A stretch of 64,000 nucleotides of DNA from a virus (lineage: Duplodnaviria > Caudoviricetes), in the IMG/VR virus record IMGVR_UViG_3300028025_003274, positions 4,169 through 68,168 of that record. One strand, given 5' to 3'. The notes beneath the pieces are model-generated. The model made no database searches, had not been told where the DNA came from, and saw only the letters and a program-made list of their open reading frames with translations. Shown piece by piece: positions 56,059 through 64,000 of the stretch. A program made the translations under genes and the position numbers. How positions within the stretch are numbered: the first letter of the stretch is position 1; each line of letters starts with the position of its first letter.

Positions 56059-57204
56059 ATGAGATATAAAATAAGACCGGTAGGAGTAGGCAGACGATTA
56101 GTAGAAGAGGGAACAAGGTATTATGATACTGAATACCCACACGATTTTCCCATAGGTAATTATTTTGTAGACAAGTTTAAATGTATCCCATCTTTCTTCG
56201 ATAGCGGAAAGAATAGGTATAAGATGGACGTACATAAGTGTTTCCTTAATGAAGACTTTGCTCTAATATGGGTATACAACAAACCAACAAAAGATGGTAT
56301 GGATACCATAATGCAAGTGTTTGAAGGCGATAACACGTTAGTAATCATTAAGTACAAAGGCACTTCTAAAAACTCATTAGGAGGATTAAACTACTTTGAT
56401 CAAGAAGAGGAAGAGGTATCCCCAGACTATGCGTTGATAACAGTCTACCATAGCAATACAGAGTTACTATCCAGTATAAATAAAAAGATATGTAAGTATG
56501 TACAAGACTCAAAAATAAAGTCCAAGATATCTTTAGTAACAACTACTCGTGCAGGTTTAGGAACAGTAGAGCAAAACATAAAGCCAACCAATATAGACAT
56601 ACCAATGAACTATGGTGAAGGCTTTGTAAAGATACATGATAAGATTGTAAGCAGGTTAAATGAAGATAAAGGGAAAGGGCTAGTATTACTACATGGTTTA
56701 CCTGGAACAGGTAAGACCAATTACATCAGGCACCTGTGCGGCCAGTTGAATAAAGAGATTATATTTATCCCACCATTCATGGCAGACAGCATATCCAGCC
56801 CAGACTTCATAACATTTCTTCTGGAGCATACCAATTCTATACTGGTAATAGAAGATGCAGAGAAGGTGGTTCTAGATAGAGATGGTGATGGCAGCAGCAG
56901 GCAGGGAGTATCCAATCTGTTAAACATCACAGATGGATTGCTTAGCGACTGTCTGTCAATACAGATCATCGCCACGTTTAATACTAGCAGAGATAGAATA
57001 GATAAGGCACTGTTGAGGAAGGGAAGATTGATTGCAGAATGGAAGTTTGACGCACTAAGCGTAGAAGATAGCAACAAGCTATTGAAGAGTATAGGAAGGG
57101 AAGACGTGACAAACAAGCCTATGACACTCACAGAGATCTATAACATGGACGAAGAAGTTAACGTAGTGCAGGAGGAGAGGAGGACTATAGGTTTCGGAAG
57201 ATAG
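56059..57204 (+). CDS. AAA+ ATPase
   Basis: GLPGTGKT, ILVIEDAE, DGL, DKALLRKGRL, C-terminal IGF. Confidence 0.88.
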   Translation: MRYKIRPVGVGRRLVEEGTRYYDTEYPHDFPIGNYFVDKFKCIPSFFDSGKNRYKMDVHKCFLNEDFALIWVYNKPTKDGMDTIMQVFEGDNTLVIIKYKGTSKNSLGGLNYFDQEEEEVSPDYALITVYHSNTELLSSINKKICKYVQDSKIKSKISLVTTTRAGLGTVEQNIKPTNIDIPMNYGEGFVKIHDKIVSRLNEDKGKGLVLLHGLPGTGKTNYIRHLCGQLNKEIIFIPPFMADSISSPDFITFLLEHTNSILVIEDAEKVVLDRDGDGSSRQGVSNLLNITDGLLSDCLSIQIIATFNTSRDRIDKALLRKGRLIAEWKFDALSVEDSNKLLKSIGREDVTNKPMTLTEIYNMDEEVNVVQEERRTIGFGR

Positions 57205-57232
57205 TATTTAGTAACAATCAAAATAGACAGTT

Positions 57233-57442
57233 ATGGCAAACACAAAGAGTCAGCAACAAAAGTTGTTTAATTACCTCCGTAGGACAGGTAAGATCACAGC
57301 TAAGCAAGCAGAGAAGATGTTCGGAACTAAAAACCTCCGGGCCAGGATCACTAACCTGCGTGAGCAAGGATGGGAAATCGAATCAGTTCGTAACCCTAAG
57401 AACCCACGTACAGTTACCTACATGGTAAAGACCGCTGCTTAA
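57233..57442 (+). CDS. Winged-helix DNA-binding protein
   Basis: ITAKQA...NLRARITNLREQGWEI. Confidence 0.75.
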   Translation: MANTKSQQQKLFNYLRRTGKITAKQAEKMFGTKNLRARITNLREQGWEIESVRNPKNPRTVTYMVKTAA

Positions 57443-57451
57443 TGAAAAAAT

Positions 57452-57480
57452 CCGGAGGGAGCAATCTCTCCGGTTATTTT
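57452..57480 (+). terminator. Rho-independent terminator
   Basis: CCGGAGGGA-GCAA-TCTCTCCGG then T-rich tract. Confidence 0.7.
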
Positions 57481-57496
57481 ATTTAAAACAACTACT

Positions 57497-58219
57497 ATGG
57501 CAATAATTGGAGTATTTGGATATGCCGGTTCAGGTAAAGACACTGTAGGGAAACTTATACAGTATAACATGTCTAAGACTAGGATTCCTATTAAAGAGGT
57601 AATAGAAGACTACAGCAATAATGAGTGGTGGTTGGAAGAACAGTCCGGATGGGAGATTAAGAAGTGGGCTGGTAAATTGAAAACTATTGCATCTCTGATC
57701 ACCGGGATAGAGGTAGAAAAGTTTGAGGATCAGGAGTTCAAGAAAACCAACTTGGGTCCTGAGTGGAATATAACTAAACAATACGAGAGTGACGCTCCAT
57801 GGATAGCTGAAGGTGGAGAATCATATGAAGAGCCTATGACTGTTAGAGACTTACTACAGATATTAGGGACTGAGGCTATGAGGGAAGGTCTCCATACCAA
57901 CGTATGGGTCAACGCTTTGATGGCGGATTATAAACCAGGACCTTTCTATCCGGATGTATCTGCAGAAGATCATGCTAAGCTGCCCAACTGGATAATCACA
58001 GACACTAGGTTCCCTAATGAGGCTCAGGCTATCAAAGATAAGGGAGGGATGGTTATAAAAGTAGACCGCCCAGGAGTTGGCCCAGTTAACGGGCACCCAA
58101 GTGAAGACGCTCTAAAAGATTACAACTTTGACTATGTTATACATAACAATGGGAGTATCAATGACTTAGATAAAAAGGTCATAGAGTTTATCAACAATTT
58201 TATTTTTACACCAAATTAA
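57497..58219 (+). CDS. Deoxynucleoside monophosphate kinase
   Basis: GYAGSGKDT, R.LLQ.LGTE, ITDTRFPNE, HPSE, NNG. Confidence 0.88.
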   Translation: MAIIGVFGYAGSGKDTVGKLIQYNMSKTRIPIKEVIEDYSNNEWWLEEQSGWEIKKWAGKLKTIASLITGIEVEKFEDQEFKKTNLGPEWNITKQYESDAPWIAEGGESYEEPMTVRDLLQILGTEAMREGLHTNVWVNALMADYKPGPFYPDVSAEDHAKLPNWIITDTRFPNEAQAIKDKGGMVIKVDRPGVGPVNGHPSEDALKDYNFDYVIHNNGSINDLDKKVIEFINNFIFTPN

Positions 58220-58233
58220 GATATTTATTATAT

Positions 58234-58434
58234 ATGTCAATACCTAAGAACATGCCTCTTTTTGGATTTGAAATATTCAGAGAGATTGAAATAGAACTAG
58301 AGAGTGTGAAAAGCATATTTCCATACTCAACAAACAACGACTCTTACAGCGCAGTGGTGAACTTGTGTATAGAGAAAATGAGAGAGTTAGCCGAAAAAAA
58401 AAGAGCAGAGATAGAAAATAAGATTTGGGACTAA
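58234..58434 (+). CDS. Hypothetical protein
   Basis: 66 aa, late box at 58221. Confidence 0.5.
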   Translation: MSIPKNMPLFGFEIFREIEIELESVKSIFPYSTNNDSYSAVVNLCIEKMRELAEKKRAEIENKIWD

Positions 58435-58455
58435 CCCATTCACCAAACCCCATTT

Positions 58456-59643
58456 ATGGCAAATAAACCAGTTACAAAAAAAGCAAAGGCTAACAAGCCT
58501 GTTCCTTCAAAGACAGTTAATAGCATAGCAGAGAAAAAAAGAATACAGAAAGAAGCTGGGAGAAAAGCCGCTGAGACCAAGAGAAGAAACAAGGAACTCC
58601 TAGAAGGAGCAAAGTTCAGCACAGAAGAGCCGTTTAAGATTACCGAACAGATTGTTCTAAGGAGAGAGAATGCAGAGATCAAATCCCTAAAGAAACAATT
58701 AGAAGAAGCCGTAAAGGACTACGAGCAACTGTCAGATCTTTATGACATTGCTCTGGCTCTAAAGACTCAGGACATCTCAAAGATAAAGTCTCCTGAAGTT
58801 AAGCCAAACAATTCTATAAAGAATGAGGCAACCGCCATAGTGCAGTTGTCCGATACTCACTTCGGTAAGATCATCTTGCCTGCCACGGTAAACGGTTTGA
58901 ATGAGCACAATCCGGACATCGCTAAGAAGCGTATGGACAAGTTGGCTGAGAACCTATTATCCCTAATAAACAAGGAGAGAGCGGAGGTAAAGATTGAAAA
59001 CCTAGTACTTGGATTGGGTGGAGATTTCATGGAGAATTCCATGTTGCATGATCATAGCCAGATGGCTACAGCGTTCTCACAGATGGAAGAACTGTTATTC
59101 AGCAGGGAACTGTTGCATAAGTTCATAAAGACTATTGCTGAGAATGGGAAGTTTAAAAAGATTATACTTCCTTGCGTAAGGGGCAACCACAGTAGGACTA
59201 CTAAGAAGATGAACTCTACTATAGATTATAGAACTAACTTTGAAGCCTTGCTATATAATCTGTTGAAGCAAGACTTCAGGGACAGTATGTTTGAATGGTA
59301 TGCACCAGATAGTGATATCTGTGAGTTCCAAGTCTTTAACAAGAGGATCCGCAGCTTGCATGGATGGCAGGTGAAGAGTGGTGGAGGTATTGGAGGATTG
59401 ACTATCCCACTTAACAAATACATTCTAAGGATGGACCAGATCAGTAAGTGTGACTACAACCTAATGCACCACTACCACAGTCTGTCTTACCCTACAGCTA
59501 ACTGTACATTGAATGGAAGCTTGTGTGGGTATGATACCTTTGCAATGCAGATAGGAGCCAGCTTCCAGAAGCCAATGCAGTCATTTCAATTGCTAGATAA
59601 AAACAGAGGGTTTACAATCAAAGCACCTATTTTTTGCGATTAA
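58456..59643 (+). CDS. Calcineurin-like phosphoesterase with basic/coiled-coil N-terminus
   Basis: LSDTHFG, GGDFME, RGNHSR, LHG, HHYH, NGSL. Confidence 0.8.
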   Translation: MANKPVTKKAKANKPVPSKTVNSIAEKKRIQKEAGRKAAETKRRNKELLEGAKFSTEEPFKITEQIVLRRENAEIKSLKKQLEEAVKDYEQLSDLYDIALALKTQDISKIKSPEVKPNNSIKNEATAIVQLSDTHFGKIILPATVNGLNEHNPDIAKKRMDKLAENLLSLINKERAEVKIENLVLGLGGDFMENSMLHDHSQMATAFSQMEELLFSRELLHKFIKTIAENGKFKKIILPCVRGNHSRTTKKMNSTIDYRTNFEALLYNLLKQDFRDSMFEWYAPDSDICEFQVFNKRIRSLHGWQVKSGGGIGGLTIPLNKYILRMDQISKCDYNLMHHYHSLSYPTANCTLNGSLCGYDTFAMQIGASFQKPMQSFQLLDKNRGFTIKAPIFCD

Positions 59644-59653
59644 AATAAAGTAT

Positions 59654-59914
59654 ATGACAATGTTAGAAGCTTTAATAGAAGCACATCCAGAGACAGAGTT
59701 TCTTATAGCAGACGGATTTGACGATGCTATTATAGGGTACCACCCAGGATCAGAAAGACTTATCTATTCTATATCTAAAGCTATTAAGATATTAATAGAA
59801 GAAGGGATGAGTGAGGAAGATGCTATGGAACATTTTTACTATAATGTAGAAGGATCATACGTGGGAGAGAAAACTCCTATATGGTCTGACGATACAAACT
59901 TAGTAGGATGGTAG
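59654..59914 (+). CDS. Hypothetical phage protein
   Basis: ADGFDDAIIG...EDAMEHFYYNVEGSYVGEKTP. Confidence 0.75.
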   Translation: MTMLEALIEAHPETEFLIADGFDDAIIGYHPGSERLIYSISKAIKILIEEGMSEEDAMEHFYYNVEGSYVGEKTPIWSDDTNLVGW

Positions 59915-60042
59915 GGCTTATTATACTGGGAGTAGCAATCCTAGGTAGCTTGGTATGGCTATGGGCCGGAGGTATAGATTACATGAAAGAAAACCACCCT
60001 GATTATAAAGGTGAGGATCTATTTGGGGAGGGGGACAATTAG
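59908..60042 (+). CDS. 44 aa membrane protein (not in ORF track)
   Basis: MVGLIILGVAILGSLVWLWAGGIDYMKENHPDYKGEDLFGEGDN. Confidence 0.55.
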   Translation: MVGLIILGVAILGSLVWLWAGGIDYMKENHPDYKGEDLFGEGDN

Positions 60043-60149
60043 TCCCTCTTTCTCTTTTGTACCTTTTGCCCTCAAAAGCAAAAAACCCAACTCACAAATG
60101 CAGACATATTTTTACAGGGACTTTGATTTTTTAGGAAAGACACAGGATT

Positions 60150-60539
60150 ATGAAAAGATATCAACTGGGGAATTACATTCAAGACTGGCAGAAAAAAATA
60201 GCCAAGGCAGTAGAAATAAACCAGAAAGGAATACTGGCGGAGTACTCTGATAAGCAGACGTACTTTCTTGAATGGCACGACATGAAGCCGTTAGAAATAA
60301 CTGTACAACTAATGAAGGAGATGGGATTTACTGTAGCAAGAGAAAAAGACAATCCCTACCATAAAGAGATAGGGATGTCTATATTACTCGGAGGTAAGTT
60401 CTACAACTCAAGGGGCATAATATACAACGATAGAAGTATATGGACATTCAATAGCACAACACTACTGTACATACACCAGATACAAAATATCATATCTATA
60501 ATAGATCCTACTAAAGATATGTGTGTTTCCGGGTTTTAG
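60150..60539 (+). CDS. Hypothetical protein
   Basis: QLGNYI...KPLEIT...MGF...YIHQIQN pattern. Confidence 0.6.
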   Translation: MKRYQLGNYIQDWQKKIAKAVEINQKGILAEYSDKQTYFLEWHDMKPLEITVQLMKEMGFTVAREKDNPYHKEIGMSILLGGKFYNSRGIIYNDRSIWTFNSTTLLYIHQIQNIISIIDPTKDMCVSGF

Positions 60540-61177
60540 ATGTTATGCCAATAATCTATATCAAACATATTCGAAGAGTATTCTTCAGGATCATCGTACC
60601 CTATTATTTTAAACTTATTACTAATAATAAGACCCAACCTTATCAGGAAAGGTATTACCTTACTATAATAAGGCATCTGTCCAAAGCTACCGTGGTTCTT
60701 AGATATGATCCATGGCCAGTCCTCCGTAGAATGATTACCACTTTTTATAATACTCATGCATTTCAAACAGAGTGCATCGTAATGAGAAATAGGTTTTTCT
60801 ATCATCTCTATAGGAGTAGACATAACAGATAATACTCTCACACAATACCCAAACATAAACTTGTCTGTGAACACTCCTCTAGGCACTCTCCTGCTATGAC
60901 CAAACATTTTCTTATCCAAATCAAAGAATGTGTTGTATGGCCAGGTATAGGTATACCCACTGTCTACAAGGTAGACGTGTATTTTAATAGTTGAGTCAGC
61001 TCTAAACTTCTTATCGTATATAGGTTCTATTCTATATCTACCGAAGTATCCATTGTTATCTAGAAGCTTACTTACTGACTTAACATTAGGTCTATAAGGT
61101 CTACTGAACAGTAACTCATTCAATGATACTGAAAACTTGTCACTCTTAAGTTCATCATCTATCAGTAGGTCGCTCAT
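60536..61177 (-). CDS. Hypothetical protein
   Basis: 213 aa, last gene of minus-strand block. Confidence 0.55.
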   Translation of the reverse strand: MSDLLIDDELKSDKFSVSLNELLFSRPYRPNVKSVSKLLDNNGYFGRYRIEPIYDKKFRADSTIKIHVYLVDSGYTYTWPYNTFFDLDKKMFGHSRRVPRGVFTDKFMFGYCVRVLSVMSTPIEMIEKPISHYDALCLKCMSIIKSGNHSTEDWPWIISKNHGSFGQMPYYSKVIPFLIRLGLIISNKFKIIGYDDPEEYSSNMFDIDYWHNI

Positions 61178-61179
61178 AG

Positions 61180-61506
61180 TTAGTTAAGGTTTATAGTTAT
61201 CTTATCAATGACAGAATCGTCTACTATTCTTTCGGACTCAGTCTCTAGTTCATTGACTAGTGTTACAATCTTAGCTATCTTACGATAGTCTTCTATCTCT
61301 GTGTAGTATGTGTAACACAATCTAATGTTGAAGATAGCTACATCTAAAAGATCTGGCTTGTCTTTGACATTCCTACCCAAGAAAAGGAGAGATTGAAGGG
61401 ATAGAGCCATGTACTCCTCTATAGTCTGATCAGTCTCTTCTATATTACTCTTACCTATCTCTAGAGCTGCTTCAAACTCTGATCGGTCAAATTCTAAAAT
61501 ACTCAT
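61180..61506 (-). CDS. Protein with UVR-like motif
   Basis: YYTEIEDYRKIAKIVTL. Confidence 0.55.
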   Translation of the reverse strand: MSILEFDRSEFEAALEIGKSNIEETDQTIEEYMALSLQSLLFLGRNVKDKPDLLDVAIFNIRLCYTYYTEIEDYRKIAKIVTLVNELETESERIVDDSVIDKITINLN

Positions 61507-61521
61507 ATGGTTGGTTTTTGT

Positions 61522-61899
61522 TTATGTAAAGATAATTAAAGGTTTGTTGCCATTGTCAATTATTTCCCCCACAGTCTTAAGAACCCTACTATACCAGGTA
61601 AACTTGTCTAGTTGATTCTGTGACATAATCCAATTGTTATCCACTACCTCTCTAAGAATGTCAGTTAGTTTAAATAGAAGAAAGTCCTTGAACTCCTCAA
61701 TAGACTTATCCCCCTTCAAACTATTACACTTCCTACAGGCGAAGACTTTATTGTTTACTAATGTATTGCCCTCTGATATAGGCAAGAAGTGATCCCTAGT
61801 GATGTCCTCATAAGGGAAGTCCTTCTTACAGTAGTAGCACCCTCCTCCCTGCTTCATGTACTGCTCATACAGCTGTTGACTAAATTTTCTTTGGTTCAT
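61522..61899 (-). CDS. HNH endonuclease
   Basis: CYYC...TRDHFLP..EG....N.VFACRKCNSLKG. Confidence 0.85.
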   Translation of the reverse strand: MNQRKFSQQLYEQYMKQGGGCYYCKKDFPYEDITRDHFLPISEGNTLVNNKVFACRKCNSLKGDKSIEEFKDFLLFKLTDILREVVDNNWIMSQNQLDKFTWYSRVLKTVGEIIDNGNKPLIIFT

Positions 61900-61901
61900 A
61901 A

Positions 61902-63023
61902 TTAAAACGGTAAATATAAAGAATCATCACTAACCTTCAAAGGTATATTTCTTTCAGTTATTATAACATTTAATTCTGCTAAGGCCGCAGTAACCGCAAC
62001 ACGTAGCTCATTAGATACAGAAGAGTTTCTTTTACCAAATAGTTGGTTCAACCTAAGTATGTTGTTATTTGATTTTGCATTACTTAAAATATTCAAACCT
62101 AGACTAGCTTCCTCTCCCATCCAGCTTATATGATATGCTAAAAAGTTTCCACTATCTATATAAGTCCAGTAGTTAGTATATACACAATGTTGCATAATAC
62201 TTCCTTCCATAAACACTCTCTTCTGAGTATCCAAGGGTTCAAAGAACTCCGGCACAAACTCAGCTATCTTTTTATAGTTGTTTACTTTAACCTCTTTATC
62301 CGGTATACTGTGTATCTCAGCAGCCATGATCTCTTTAGTCCAGAGGGTATGCTCTTCGTTCATCCTTTTAGGAGACCACTTAAAATCAATCTTCTTTTCT
62401 AATATCCTAGACTGAGATATCAAGTCATCTAAATGAGTATAATTTGAGGTATCCCCCAAATGAAACTCTAGGTAATGATTAACATCCTTAGCAGCATAAG
62501 CACCACGAAGTAATGAAATCTTAGTTAGTCTCATTTTTTTACACAAAGAGTACAGTAGCTTAGGTGAAGCATTTATACGAGATAGCTTAAGATATCCACT
62601 CAAGTAGTCTATAGGATTAGTTATCTTACCTGTAATAACTTTTTCAAATAGAGTCTTGGTCATGAAAGGCCAAAGCTTCTCGTCCTCATTTGTAAACCAA
62701 TCTATATTCAATGCTCTCAAAGCAGTACAGAAATGGGGATTAGATGCTACATCTGACCCGTACCACACTTTAAGTTTACCCTTCTCATCTACAGTAAACC
62801 CCTTCTTACTCTTGAGTTTTACATAATACTTCTTACCCTTCTTAACTTTATAAACACTGTAACCGTAATGTATCTTACCATCATCAGTCTTTATAAGATC
62901 AGATTCTATAAACTCCTTATTGGTAATAGTTCTGTTGTATATAATATTCTTATACACACCATCTTCCATTTCTAGGAACTCAGCTATTTCAGTAGGCTTA
63001 GTGTTTATTATTATCCTCTCCAT
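61902..63023 (-). CDS. PcfJ-like domain protein
   Basis: C-terminal EGSIMQHCV..Y...Q..G.RN. Confidence 0.65.
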   Translation of the reverse strand: MERIIINTKPTEIAEFLEMEDGVYKNIIYNRTITNKEFIESDLIKTDDGKIHYGYSVYKVKKGKKYYVKLKSKKGFTVDEKGKLKVWYGSDVASNPHFCTALRALNIDWFTNEDEKLWPFMTKTLFEKVITGKITNPIDYLSGYLKLSRINASPKLLYSLCKKMRLTKISLLRGAYAAKDVNHYLEFHLGDTSNYTHLDDLISQSRILEKKIDFKWSPKRMNEEHTLWTKEIMAAEIHSIPDKEVKVNNYKKIAEFVPEFFEPLDTQKRVFMEGSIMQHCVYTNYWTYIDSGNFLAYHISWMGEEASLGLNILSNAKSNNNILRLNQLFGKRNSSVSNELRVAVTAALAELNVIITERNIPLKVSDDSLYLPF

Positions 63024-63171
63024 TAGATTTTTCTTGATGAATGAATATTTTCATAGTCCTTCCCTCATCTTGTATTGAGATGTTTACTACGTTATCTTTA
63101 TTCCAATTAACATAAGACCTTCCGTTCTCATCTATAACTTCTACTCTTACAACACCTTCTTGATATTCCAT
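62998..63171 (-). CDS. 57 aa hypothetical protein (not in ORF track)
   Basis: VRVEVIDENGRSYVNW...SIQDEGRTMKIFI. Confidence 0.55.
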   Translation of the reverse strand: MEYQEGVVRVEVIDENGRSYVNWNKDNVVNISIQDEGRTMKIFIHQEKSNGEDNNKH

Positions 63172-63182
63172 AGTTGTTTGTT

Positions 63183-63395
63183 TTAAAGTACAATACCTTT
63201 AAAGTCTTCTGGTCTTCCATCAAGTATCTCCTCATGAGGTCCGTAGTACCACTCTTCGTTCCTATCTTTTTGAAACTTTGTTACGTGGTTACTAAACACA
63301 ACTTCCCGGAAACCCCCCTCGTATCCAGGAACAAGTACTACTAGTTCGGGATCTACTGTCTGTAGTTTTTCAATAAGATCTTTTACTGTTATCAT
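63183..63395 (-). CDS. Hypothetical phage protein
   Basis: TVKDLIEKLQ.VDP...GYEGG...WYYGPHE. Confidence 0.7.
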   Translation of the reverse strand: MITVKDLIEKLQTVDPELVVLVPGYEGGFREVVFSNHVTKFQKDRNEEWYYGPHEEILDGRPEDFKGIVL

Positions 63396-63643
63396 GTTGT
63401 TTTATTTAGTTTTTTAATTAAGTACTTCATTGCGTCTAATTGCCCCCAGGTTATAGAGAATGTCTGAGGATCGGTCTTATGTATGTCAACATCAATTCCC
63501 TCACCGTTAGCCCACTTCGTGATCTCAATGTAGTCATGTTCTTTAGAGAACAGAGGATCGAACTGATCAAGATCAGCAAATATTGCTTTCCTAGAATATA
63601 GCTCTGATACAAACATTTCTTTATCTTTTTTACTATTCTTCAT
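63392..63643 (-). CDS. Hypothetical phage protein
   Basis: DYIEITKWANGEGIDV...TWGQ; ATG at 63643 preferred over 63670. Confidence 0.65.
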   Translation of the reverse strand: MKNSKKDKEMFVSELYSRKAIFADLDQFDPLFSKEHDYIEITKWANGEGIDVDIHKTDPQTFSITWGQLDAMKYLIKKLNKTT

Positions 63644-63797
63644 GTTGTTCTTTATTATATTTTTCTTCAATAATACTAATAACTAAATTAACTAAAGTCT
63701 CTGGACCTATGAAAGTAACCCAATCACAATCTTCTGCAATCTGGTTTACCCTTCTCATGTATTCCTCATAGACTTCCTTCCTGTCTATTTGTGCCAT
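63633..63797 (-). CDS. 54 aa hypothetical protein (not in ORF track)
   Basis: MAQIDRKEVYEEYMRRVNQIAEDCDWVT... Confidence 0.5.
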   Translation of the reverse strand: MAQIDRKEVYEEYMRRVNQIAEDCDWVTFIGPETLVNLVISIIEEKYNKEQHEE

Positions 63798-63800
63798 AGT

Positions 63801-64000
63801 TTATTTGTATTTAACAATTTCAATTAACTTCTTGAGACAAGCAAGTTCTGCTTCTTCGTAGGTGCATTCTTGCAAAAAATCATCAACCCTATTGTGTGTT
63901 GTTATTTCTACCACATAATATTCTGTATCTTCTTCCCAAACTTCTTCGATAATATACATTAAATTATACTTCTCCCTAAACCATCTAAACGCTTGTTGGT
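63801..64000 (-). CDS. Partial CDS running off window edge
   Basis: QAFRWFREKY...TYEEAELACLKKLIEIVKYK-stop. Confidence 0.6.
   Translation of the reverse strand, partial: QQAFRWFREKYNLMYIIEEVWEEDTEYYVVEITTHNRVDDFLQECTYEEAELACLKKLIEIVKYK

Noticed and set aside
632-59423. Many minus-strand ORFs in the track overlapping + strand genes (e.g. 3408, 5873, 9855, 28742, 47705, 56721)
   Set aside because: Antisense shadows of well-supported genes with no motifs of their own
60011-62402. ORFs 60011(+), 60072(-), 60521(+) and 62187(+)
   Set aside because: They overlap a terminator-like hairpin or better-supported genes
1-64000. CRISPR array or cas operon
   Set aside because: No regularly spaced direct repeats seen; the Cas4-like nuclease at 30174 stands alone
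1-64000. Stop-codon reassignment
   Set aside because: Conserved genes are full length in code 11, and TAA, TAG and TGA all end genes at expected positions

Overview
64 kb, AT-rich, densely coding segment of a large contractile-tailed (myovirus-type) phage. The host is probably a Bacteroidota: TTTG-N19-21-TAnnTTTG promoters are present and genes have A-rich leaders without Shine-Dalgarno sites. Standard code 11 fits. Order of modules: tail/baseplate (sheath, tube, frameshifted chaperone pair, tape measure, hub; 1.9-16.2 kb); replication/recombination (two family-A polymerase genes, SSB, RecA/UvsX, 5'-3' exonuclease, DnaB, class II RNR, MazG; 16.2-27.5 kb); GroES/GroEL; an ~11.5 kb glycosyltransferase/methyltransferase island; a tandem-WYL protein; a tmRNA with an atypical tag; a late membrane-protein operon ending in a PAS-PAS-TM protein; an RNA-rich region (49.7-53.2 kb); then thyA, an AAA ATPase, dNMP kinase, a phosphoesterase and a minus-strand block from 60.5 kb. 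The RNA-rich region is the least explained part. It holds unannotated structured RNAs, tRNA-Leu(UAA), tRNA-Ile2(CAU), two non-canonical tRNA-like elements sharing an acceptor stem and an internal hairpin, a recurring TGAC-stem-GARAGA hairpin in front of tRNA(-like) genes, boxA-like sites and an RNA ligase. All protein calls come from motif recognition by eye; no database searches were run.
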